From the IMG/VR virus record IMGVR_UViG_3300045227_000003: a DNA stretch of 60,167 nt; one strand, 5' to 3'. Positions within the stretch are counted from its first letter, which is position 1; the number at the start of each line of letters is the position of its first letter. The notes beneath the pieces are model-generated. The model saw only the letters and a program-made list of their open reading frames with translations, was not told the DNA's origin and did no database searches. The position numbers and the translations under genes were made by a program. Shown here piece after piece: positions 24,331-31,189 of the stretch. The DNA comes from a virus.

Positions 24331-25217
24331 AACAGGAATATCAGGAACGCCGGTTTACCCCGGAAAACTGCGACCTGCTGCGTGTGATCGATGACATCGT
24401 TGGCGAGTACCAAGAGCAAGGGTACATGCTGACCACACGTCAGGTGTACTACCAGTTGGTAGCGCGCGACACGGTGCCCAACACCCTGAACAGCTACAAG
24501 CGCATCGCCGGGCTGATCAACGACGGCAAACTGGCCGGGGTTCTGGACTGGGACGCACTGGAAGACCGCACCCGCGAGTTCAAGACCCGCGCCCACTGGA
24601 CATCCCCGGCGGGCATCTTGTCGGCCTGCGCTAACCAGTACCACGAAGACTTGTGGCACCGCCAGTCGGCCCGGGTGTTCGTCATCATTGAGAAAGAGGC
24701 GCTGGTGGGCGTGCTCGAAGACCTGTGCCACCGCTACGATGTCCCGCTGCTGGCGGCGCGCGGATACCCAAGCGGCACGGTATTACGGGCCTTTGCGCAG
24801 GAGCACTTACTTCCGGCCACGTCCGAGGGCGTCTTCTGTAAAATCCTGCACCTCGGAGACCACGACCCGAGCGGCATCGACATGACCCGGGATCTCGACG
24901 ACCGCATCGACATGTTCACCGAGCGCAACGGCGGCTACCACCTTGAGCGTATCGCGCTGAACATGTCGCAGATCGAAGAGGTCAAGCCGCCTGAGAACCC
25001 GGCCAAGCCTACCGACGCCCGGTTTAAGAAGTACCGCCAGCGCTTCGGCAATTCGAGCTGGGAGTTAGATGCGCTGCCGCCGTCATACCTGAACAATCTG
25101 GTGGAGACCAACATCACCAAGATGATCGACGACGACCTGTGGCAGAAGCAGGTAGACCGCATCAGCGAGTACCGCCGCCAGATCAGTAAAATCGCAGACC
25201 AGTTTGAAGAGGAATAA
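24327..25217 (+). CDS. Stand-alone Spo11/Topoisomerase-VI-A-like protein (5Y-CAP winged helix plus Toprim)
   Basis: 296 aa from the ATG at 24327. TTRQVYYQL matches the catalytic-Tyr motif (R-x-[ILV]-[YF]-Y). VFVIIEKEALVGVL matches the Toprim Glu. ARGYPSGTVLRAF...ILHLGDHDPSGIDM matches the G-x-P...DxD metal site. SWELDAL matches the closing E-x-x-AL motif. Confidence 0.6.
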   Translation: MKQEYQERRFTPENCDLLRVIDDIVGEYQEQGYMLTTRQVYYQLVARDTVPNTLNSYKRIAGLINDGKLAGVLDWDALEDRTREFKTRAHWTSPAGILSACANQYHEDLWHRQSARVFVIIEKEALVGVLEDLCHRYDVPLLAARGYPSGTVLRAFAQEHLLPATSEGVFCKILHLGDHDPSGIDMTRDLDDRIDMFTERNGGYHLERIALNMSQIEEVKPPENPAKPTDARFKKYRQRFGNSSWELDALPPSYLNNLVETNITKMIDDDLWQKQVDRISEYRRQISKIADQFEEE

Positions 25218-25220
25218 GTA

Positions 25221-25685
25221 ATGTTTGAGCACACTAAGGTCGGGGACGTTGTTCTCGTCATCCGCGAGATCCGTATCCGCAACTATTCGGGCGTACACTT
25301 CGCGGTAAAAGAAGAGGTGGGCCACACCACCAAGACGCAGATCGTGGTCAACGGCATCCGATACTACCGCAAGAACGGCAAGGCGGTGGGGGACTGGAAC
25401 CAAGGCATCTACCACATCGGGGATGACATGGCCGGGCGTTGGCTCGCATCCCCGCCGGAAGAAGTGGACAAGGCGGAGTTTAAGCGACTGGAGAACTACA
25501 GCCGTCGTTTCAGGGAGTTGATAGACGTCTTCCTGCCTAACCTAAAGAGTCCTGAAATGGCCGCTATATTCCGGCAGAAAACCCTGCGTGACCAACTGGC
25601 CCGCGACGCCAACGCACTGTACGCCTCGCTGACCGAAGGCATCAAGGACGCCGGACTGGGTAGCATACTCGAACCTAAGAAATAG
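25221..25685 (+). CDS. Hypothetical protein, 154 aa
   Basis: ORF track. Confidence 0.55.
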   Translation: MFEHTKVGDVVLVIREIRIRNYSGVHFAVKEEVGHTTKTQIVVNGIRYYRKNGKAVGDWNQGIYHIGDDMAGRWLASPPEEVDKAEFKRLENYSRRFRELIDVFLPNLKSPEMAAIFRQKTLRDQLARDANALYASLTEGIKDAGLGSILEPKK

Positions 25686-25686
25686 T

Positions 25687-25715
25687 TTGACACACGCGAC
25701 GTGTACAACTAATAT
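25687..25715 (+). promoter_or_regulatory. Phage promoter-family member, plus strand
   Basis: TTGACA-cacgcgacgtgtacaac-TAATAT with a 17-nt spacer. The spacer holds the palindrome ACACG-cga-CGTGT. Confidence 0.75.
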
Positions 25716-25717
25716 TA

Positions 25718-25749
25718 CTCCCGAAGGCAACAACGGGAGTTTTTCTTTT
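25718..25749 (+). terminator. Intrinsic terminator starting 2 nt after the -10 of the promoter above
   Basis: ctcccg-aaggcaacaa-cgggag followed by tttttctttt. Confidence 0.65.
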
Positions 25750-25762
25750 GGAGGGCATTACC

Positions 25763-26041
25763 ATGATGACAATCACCGCGCGGGCTATGTACCGCAAATC
25801 TGTAGAAGCGCACCTGAGCGACGCCGAGAAAGTCCGTGACGCTATCGAGCCGATTATCAACCGCGCCTCGGAAGCCGAGCTGACCAGTACCGTCGTCAGT
25901 TTCGTTATCAACAACCACATGCCGTCCGATGCCACGCGCGCTACGGTCATCAAGTGGCTAAATGACGCAGGCTTTACGGTCGCAACAGACCCTGACCTGC
26001 ACCCCGGATCATTTCACGTATATTGGAACCAACCAGAATGA
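25763..26041 (+). CDS. Hypothetical protein, 92 aa
   Basis: ORF track starts at a TTG at 25748. The ATG at 25763 lies 7 nt after GGAGGG. Confidence 0.55.
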   Translation: MMTITARAMYRKSVEAHLSDAEKVRDAIEPIINRASEAELTSTVVSFVINNHMPSDATRATVIKWLNDAGFTVATDPDLHPGSFHVYWNQPE

Positions 26042-26103
26042 GCAAACGCGGGTCAATCATTGCAGCCGAAGTCCAGCGACATCAATCACTGTAGGAGCAC
26101 CGC

Positions 26104-26343
26104 ATGGCAAGTAAACGACGTCTGCGTCGCAGGCAATGCGAAGGGAAGGTTAAGCACGCAACGGCGGAGAACGCGGCTATCGCGATCCGCAAGGTTCACC
26201 GGGCGAAGGGCCACCAAGGCCAGATGCACGCCTATCGGTGCCCATTTTGCGGGCAGTTTCACGTCGGCCACGTTCAGGGCCGTAACGGTATTGGTTCAGC
26301 TTACGGAGGCCCGGCATGGGGTGGACGAAATACAAAACGATGA
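26104..26343 (+). CDS. Small zinc-ribbon protein, 79 aa
   Basis: QCEGK...YRCPFCGQFHVGH resembles a common small phage Zn-ribbon pattern. Confidence 0.55.
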   Translation: MASKRRLRRRQCEGKVKHATAENAAIAIRKVHRAKGHQGQMHAYRCPFCGQFHVGHVQGRNGIGSAYGGPAWGGRNTKR

Positions 26344-27023
26344 AGGAGCGCCACATCAAGCCGCACTTCACGTACAGCGGCGGGATCTGGCACTGCTTCC
26401 GGCAGTTCGATAACGACGGTGCGTACCCATGCCATTTCCCGGTTAAGCACGCGCACCTGTTCTTCAACGCCGAACGCATGGCGGATATGCTCGCCTCCTA
26501 TGCTTGGTGGAAACGCAAAGACCCGAAGAACGCCCGGCTGACCGACGCCATGCTGATCCGCTACGCCTCCGTGTACCGCTTCTGGGATACCGTGGGCCGC
26601 AAGCGGTTCGAGTACGTCGGCTCGTCCACGCTGTTCGCCATGCACCGGGGCAGCAAGCACGCCCGGGACTACACGGCCTACCTGCAGCGCCGCATCAAGC
26701 CCAAGGCCGGACGGCGGACAGTCATCACCGCCGACATGGTGCAAGCGCTGATCGCCTCCGGGTACTGCCGGGTATCGAACAACTACAAGACCGTGGCGCG
26801 CATCGATCGGGAAGACTGGCGCGAGGTTCTGGCGCTGGACTACAGCTCGAACGATCCGACGGGTGACGGCATGGCCCGGGCTTTGGGCGACCGGTCAGGT
26901 GATTACTACCGCCGTGGGTTCAGCAAGGACACGCTGACCATTGATGACGAGTACCTGTTTAAACTGTTCCCCGGGTCAGGTGACGGCCCGGACTACTACC
27001 TACCGTTATGCGAGGACGAATGA
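26316..27023 (+). CDS. Hypothetical protein, 235 aa
   Basis: ORF track. Ends in LCEDE. Confidence 0.55.
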   Translation: MGWTKYKTMKERHIKPHFTYSGGIWHCFRQFDNDGAYPCHFPVKHAHLFFNAERMADMLASYAWWKRKDPKNARLTDAMLIRYASVYRFWDTVGRKRFEYVGSSTLFAMHRGSKHARDYTAYLQRRIKPKAGRRTVITADMVQALIASGYCRVSNNYKTVARIDREDWREVLALDYSSNDPTGDGMARALGDRSGDYYRRGFSKDTLTIDDEYLFKLFPGSGDGPDYYLPLCEDE

Positions 27024-27154
27024 GCCAACGAGCCAGACCGATACCGCCGCACCTGATCGGCAAGAAACGCCCGGCACCGCCACCAGCTCCGCCAAGACTG
27101 GTTGGCCGTGACCCGCAAATCATCATCAAGATTATCGTGGAGAAAGAGAAATGA
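27020..27154 (+). CDS. Unlisted 44-aa Pro-rich ORF, translationally coupled at both ends
   Basis: My reading is ATG at 27020 (ATGA with the upstream stop) through TGA at 27152..27154 (ATGA with the next start). Translation is MSQRARPIPPHLIGKKRPAPPPAPPRLVGRDPQIIIKIIVEKEK. Confidence 0.4.
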   Translation: MSQRARPIPPHLIGKKRPAPPPAPPRLVGRDPQIIIKIIVEKEK

Positions 27155-27603
27155 AACTGATCTACATCGCCGGGCCATACCGGGCCTTCAAAGATGCAAC
27201 GGGCGAGGTGACTACAGTGGCCCACAACATCCGGGTAGCGAAGGGTGTGGCGGCGGACGTGGTTAAGTGTTTTGGGCACAAAGGTATCTTCCCCGTCACC
27301 CCTCACCTGAATACCGCCCAATTTGAGAGCCTGCCGGGCCTTGAGGCGGTCGAAGACGATTACTGGCTAAATGGTACTGCCGAGCTGCTAAAACGCTGTG
27401 ACGCTGTTCTGCTGACGTTTCCTGACGCCGGGAGAGTTAGCGCTGGAACCGCGAATGAAATACTGCTGGCATTGAAACTAGGGAAGCCGGTTTACCGGTC
27501 GATAATGGAGTTGGACGCTTGCATTACATACTGCCCGGAGAGAATGGCGCACTTCCTTGTGCCAGCGTTTGACATCCCTATGATGAATATAGCTAGGCGT
27601 TAG
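27151..27603 (+). CDS. Nucleoside 2-deoxyribosyltransferase-fold protein (DUF1937/DUF4406-like)
   Basis: MKLIYIAGPYRA..., FPVTPHL and RVSAGTANEI fit that Rossmann-like family as I remember it. Confidence 0.4.
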   Translation: MKLIYIAGPYRAFKDATGEVTTVAHNIRVAKGVAADVVKCFGHKGIFPVTPHLNTAQFESLPGLEAVEDDYWLNGTAELLKRCDAVLLTFPDAGRVSAGTANEILLALKLGKPVYRSIMELDACITYCPERMAHFLVPAFDIPMMNIARR

Positions 27604-27807
27604 TTATTTCCAGCCGCATAACCGCTCGCCGATCTCGTCGTGTGTGAGAATCTGGCGGGCGGTCTGGTCAGAGAGAACATCCTCTTCACCGATGTAGATG
27701 GCCCGGGCCACCGCGCAAAACGATGGTGCCGGGTCAATTTTATTTACGCATCCACTTACGACGGAGCTGATCATTAGCGCCGCCATCAGGGAGTTTATTG
27801 GTTTCAT
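27604..27807 (-). CDS. o-spanin (outer-membrane lipoprotein), overlapping the i-spanin gene
   Basis: From the ATG at 27807, MKPINSLMAALMISSVVSGC carries the lipobox VSGC. The gene starts inside the i-spanin gene in another frame. Confidence 0.65.
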   Translation of the reverse strand: MKPINSLMAALMISSVVSGCVNKIDPAPSFCAVARAIYIGEEDVLSDQTARQILTHDEIGERLCGWK

Positions 27808-27988
27808 GCTGTACCTCGGCCACAACGTCATCCGCTTCTGCCTGCTTCCGCAACGTGTCCTGATCGTGCTCGGCGCGCTGCTCCTGCTTGCCCTTCGAAC
27901 GTCCTGCCCACCAGACGGCGAAGACAACACCAACGAAAACGAGCGCCGCTAAGACGCCCGCTTTAATCCGGGCAAGGATGCCCGTCAT
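27740..27988 (-). CDS. i-spanin
   Basis: 82 aa with an N-terminal TM helix (VLAALVFVGVVFAVWW) followed by a charged periplasmic segment. It lies immediately after the endolysin gene. Confidence 0.6.
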   Translation of the reverse strand: MTGILARIKAGVLAALVFVGVVFAVWWAGRSKGKQEQRAEHDQDTLRKQAEADDVVAEVQHETNKLPDGGANDQLRRKWMRK

Positions 27989-28698
27989 ACTGCTGAACCG
28001 ACTTTGTGCTTACGGTACGCCACCCAGCCCATGTACAGACCGATGGCAATGGTGCCCACACCGAACGCGATGCGAACCCAATCCCCGGAAGAGATATCCC
28101 CATGCGCGCTGTCCATTGCTGCCTTGACCGGCGTTACCAGATCCACCAGTTGGGCCGCACCAAGGCCGGTCACGCTCGTAGCGGTCACGGTTGCACGGTT
28201 TACAGTGGCTTGTGGCTTGGCGACACCTGCACGGCGCAGACCTTCCTCGATCACGTCGTCCGGGTACCACTCGTTCGCGTTGTTGTACGGTGCCAGACCG
28301 TAGCGCTCCGGGTCGCCGTTCTCATGGCGGATGATCCCTTCAACGATGCCGCGCAAGGTCGCATAGTCGTGGAGGTTCAGGGTCTCGCTATTCGGGTCAA
28401 CGTTGATAACAGCGGCTACCTGCTTGGCGTAGGCGGACGTGTTGTTTTCGGAAGGTGGTGCCCATCGTTCGATAATCTCACGAATAGAATCAATCTTGCT
28501 GCCGTCCCGGGCGAGTCGCTTGTCATAGTAGGTCAGCAGTACAACGGCCAGTGCCCGGATGCCCGAGGCTGGGTCGACAAACTGACAGAAGCGTGGATCG
28601 GTAGCCTTGGCGCGCGGTACTAGACCCTGCCAAGGGGAACCCCATTCAATGTTGCCCGGGTTGTTATTACGAATGCCACGCGGCTTTTGCTGGGCCAT
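27985..28698 (-). CDS. Putative endolysin (RNNNPGN-motif muralytic family) with a C-terminal transmembrane helix
   Basis: 237 aa. N-terminal GIRNNNPGNIEW...GIRA...ERWAPPSENN. The C-terminal WVRIAFGVGTIAIGLYMGWVAY is followed by RKHK. The gene sits in the lysis cassette. Confidence 0.55.
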   Translation of the reverse strand: MAQQKPRGIRNNNPGNIEWGSPWQGLVPRAKATDPRFCQFVDPASGIRALAVVLLTYYDKRLARDGSKIDSIREIIERWAPPSENNTSAYAKQVAAVINVDPNSETLNLHDYATLRGIVEGIIRHENGDPERYGLAPYNNANEWYPDDVIEEGLRRAGVAKPQATVNRATVTATSVTGLGAAQLVDLVTPVKAAMDSAHGDISSGDWVRIAFGVGTIAIGLYMGWVAYRKHKVGSAV

Positions 28699-28701
28699 AC
28701 G

Positions 28702-29028
28702 TTACTTCCTCATTTGAGTTGCAAGGGTGTCGATGCTTTGCTTCAAGTCGCGCATATCTGCACGCATGTCGGAGCGCAGCGCCGAGTTCTGGGACAGGGT
28801 TTCGGCACGCAACATCGTAAACGCGGCGTCCGTCGAGTCCTGACGCTTCTCGACATTGGACAGCCGCGCATCCACCTGCGTGTTCTGGTTGGATAGATCA
28901 GAGAACCGGTTGTTCACGTAAAGCACCGCGCCAACCAACATCGACACCATAGTCAGGATGGTCGGGAGATTGATGGAGAGATCCAGCTTAACGCCCCCGG
29001 TACCGTCTTCCCGTTCCGTTTCGTTCAT
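28702..29028 (-). CDS. Holin-like single-TM protein, 108 aa
   Basis: I prefer the ATG at 29028 (MNETERED), which follows GAGGAA. It has one TM helix (LPTILTMVSMLVGAVLYV) and then a coiled-coil-like tail. It is the first gene of the lysis cassette. Confidence 0.45.
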   Translation of the reverse strand: MNETEREDGTGGVKLDLSINLPTILTMVSMLVGAVLYVNNRFSDLSNQNTQVDARLSNVEKRQDSTDAAFTMLRAETLSQNSALRSDMRADMRDLKQSIDTLATQMRK

Positions 29029-29042
29029 CGGGTATTCCTCAC

Positions 29043-29068
29043 AAAAAATTAGCGGGACTAAGCCCGCT
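29043..29068 (-). terminator. Intrinsic terminator after the fibre gene
   Basis: Minus-strand reading is agcggg-cttagt-cccgct followed by aatttttt. Confidence 0.65.
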
Positions 29069-29072
29069 AAGA

Positions 29073-29101
29073 ATATTAACCCGTCGACTGCTAGTAGACA
29101 A
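29073..29101 (-). promoter_or_regulatory. Candidate sigma70 promoter for the lysis cassette
   Basis: Minus-strand reading is TTGTCT-actagcagtcgacgggt-TAATAT with a 17-nt spacer. The -10 ends 4 nt before the terminator stem. Confidence 0.45.
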
Positions 29102-31178
29102 ACCGGCAACTGATTTGCACCCGATGTTTCCGGGGCGGCGTGGGCATCACATACATCGTGGTGTCACGCATCATCACCTGCTCGAATACCTGACGGACTC
29201 GTAGCGTGGACTGGGGAGCATTTTTGTCTGGGTAATTAGCTTTATCGGCGACGTGCTCCAAAACTTGAGTAATTTTTACAAAAGATTGTGGCACATCTTT
29301 ATCCGGGTAGCTCGCTGTCACCGAGACCTGCTGAATGACCTGCTGAACGACTACAGGCTTATGCAATGTCGACCAATCCGGGTACGTCGTTTCCTGCGAA
29401 ACCTGCTGGATAACCTGATTGACCACCAGAGGCCGGAACATAGTACCGGGATCAGGAAACTCGTCAACGGCTGCGACGTGTTCCAATAGCTGATTTACAA
29501 TCGCGTCGGACGTCGGTAGATGCACATCCGGGTATTCCGCGACCATCGCTACCTGCTCCAACAACTGGCTGACCGTCAGGGTGGAGTACGGGATGTACGG
29601 GTCAGGATACTTCGCAACACGCGCGACTGGCTGTGTCACCTGCCACACTTTTATGCCGGAGTTAGCGATAACGTCCGGTGGCGGCATGTACAGGTATGAC
29701 GTGACCAGCTCGACAACCTGATACGCCGGGGCGTAGGAGATTGGCAGCGGAAGCGGACGACGTTGCGGCACCAGCTCGACGTATTGGCCGACGGTCTGGT
29801 ACCGGCTTCGCTCGTAGATGTCCTCCGGGCTATCGTAGGTCGCGGGCTGCGCGTTCAGAATGGCAACGGTGTCCACGCGGACGGTAGTCGTCGGGATCCC
29901 CGGGTTAGGGTAGTCGTCAGCGATCTGCGTCACGGCCATGCGGACAGCCCCGGACTGCGACTTCACGATCAGCTCGTCAGGCGGAAGGTACCCGGAAGCC
30001 GCCGAGGTAACGGCCATGCGCGCCGCTGCTGTGCGGATCAGGGATACCGGCGGGAAGATGTCAGTCGTGCGCAGGACTAACGCCGTCACGGTACCGACGC
30101 GGGTCTGGCTTTGCGGGATGCCGTGAAGGTCGTCACTTTCTTGCAGCACGGTATTGACGTACGACGCTACGATGTCCGGGCCGGTTGGCGTGCCCATCGG
30201 TAAGGCGGATACGCTGTAGGACGTGACCGAAGCGGCGTGCTCGACACCCACGGTATGCTCGTCGAAGTCTGCCGGGATGACAGCCTGCGATAGCAGTTGG
30301 GCCGCGTCAACGTCTGACCGGTGCATCGGCAGCGGCAAGGCAGTGACAGCCTGTGTCAACTGTTGGGCCGTGTCGATGTTAGACCGAGGCAGGCGCTCCG
30401 TCGGGCGTTTCTGCGCCACCAGCATACCGTTGAAGCCAACGGACGCCGGGGTCGTGTACATGGGCAGCGGCGCGGCCTGAACGACCATCGACAATGCCTG
30501 TTTCGCAAACACCCCGGAGGTTGGGACGTACGGGATATCCAGCGACTGCAGCACCATCAGGCTAACGTGATTCGTGCTGACCTTTGACCACATCTGATCT
30601 GGGAGAGGGTAGTCCCCGAGGCGCGATGCTTGGACGGCATACGACCATGCCTGCTTAATCTGTTCGTATGAAATCGCGGTGATAGGGGAGGCCAGTACCG
30701 CCAGCGTGACCGTCTGGCCCACGATATTGTAGGAGATCGAAGGGTCGATAGGCATCTGCACGATGGCGTATTGCCACACCGTCCAAAGGCTTTCCGTGGA
30801 GATCGTGTCGGCCAATGTAGGCCACGTATTATCGTTCTGAGTTACAGCAGTAGTAACGACGTCGGCGAACAACGGCAGCAGCGTTTGGGGACTGGTGCCG
30901 AGGACTTCCAGTATAGTCTGCGCAACGTTACCCGGGGGAGTGCGGGTCAGCACCTCCCCAATGGTCTGCGCAAACCGCGTTTCCGGTGCCGGGAAACCGA
31001 TCACTTCGATGATCGACTGCGCGACATTGAATTGACGCTGGTAGGACGGGATGTACGTCCATGAAAGGGCTTCGCCGACGGAGCCTGCCACGTTCACGTA
31101 ACGGATCAGCGTGGGGGTCGGTGTGTAGGTCAACACCTCCCCCTGAGACCCTGCTACATTATGGATTGGATCCGCCAC
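29091..31178 (-). CDS. Long tail fibre protein built of degenerate repeats, 695 aa
   Basis: The C-terminal third holds six clear units of about 22 aa, each with x-[YF]PD-...-Q-[VL]-[LIF]-[EQ]-[HQ]-V, for example AKYPDPYIPYSTLTVSQLLEQVA and NYPDKNAPQSTLRVRQVFEQVM. Related N-terminal units include NVAGS.GE.L and NVAQ.I.EVLG. Confidence 0.65.
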   Translation of the reverse strand: MADPIHNVAGSQGEVLTYTPTPTLIRYVNVAGSVGEALSWTYIPSYQRQFNVAQSIIEVIGFPAPETRFAQTIGEVLTRTPPGNVAQTILEVLGTSPQTLLPLFADVVTTAVTQNDNTWPTLADTISTESLWTVWQYAIVQMPIDPSISYNIVGQTVTLAVLASPITAISYEQIKQAWSYAVQASRLGDYPLPDQMWSKVSTNHVSLMVLQSLDIPYVPTSGVFAKQALSMVVQAAPLPMYTTPASVGFNGMLVAQKRPTERLPRSNIDTAQQLTQAVTALPLPMHRSDVDAAQLLSQAVIPADFDEHTVGVEHAASVTSYSVSALPMGTPTGPDIVASYVNTVLQESDDLHGIPQSQTRVGTVTALVLRTTDIFPPVSLIRTAAARMAVTSAASGYLPPDELIVKSQSGAVRMAVTQIADDYPNPGIPTTTVRVDTVAILNAQPATYDSPEDIYERSRYQTVGQYVELVPQRRPLPLPISYAPAYQVVELVTSYLYMPPPDVIANSGIKVWQVTQPVARVAKYPDPYIPYSTLTVSQLLEQVAMVAEYPDVHLPTSDAIVNQLLEHVAAVDEFPDPGTMFRPLVVNQVIQQVSQETTYPDWSTLHKPVVVQQVIQQVSVTASYPDKDVPQSFVKITQVLEHVADKANYPDKNAPQSTLRVRQVFEQVMMRDTTMYVMPTPPRKHRVQISCRFVY

Positions 31179-31189
31179 CTTTTACCGCC

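Noticed and set aside
27566-27600. TTGACA at about 27569 as another promoter
   Set aside because: No acceptable -10 lies at 16 to 18 nt. It sits inside the last codons of the gene at 27151..27603 and faces a convergent gene.
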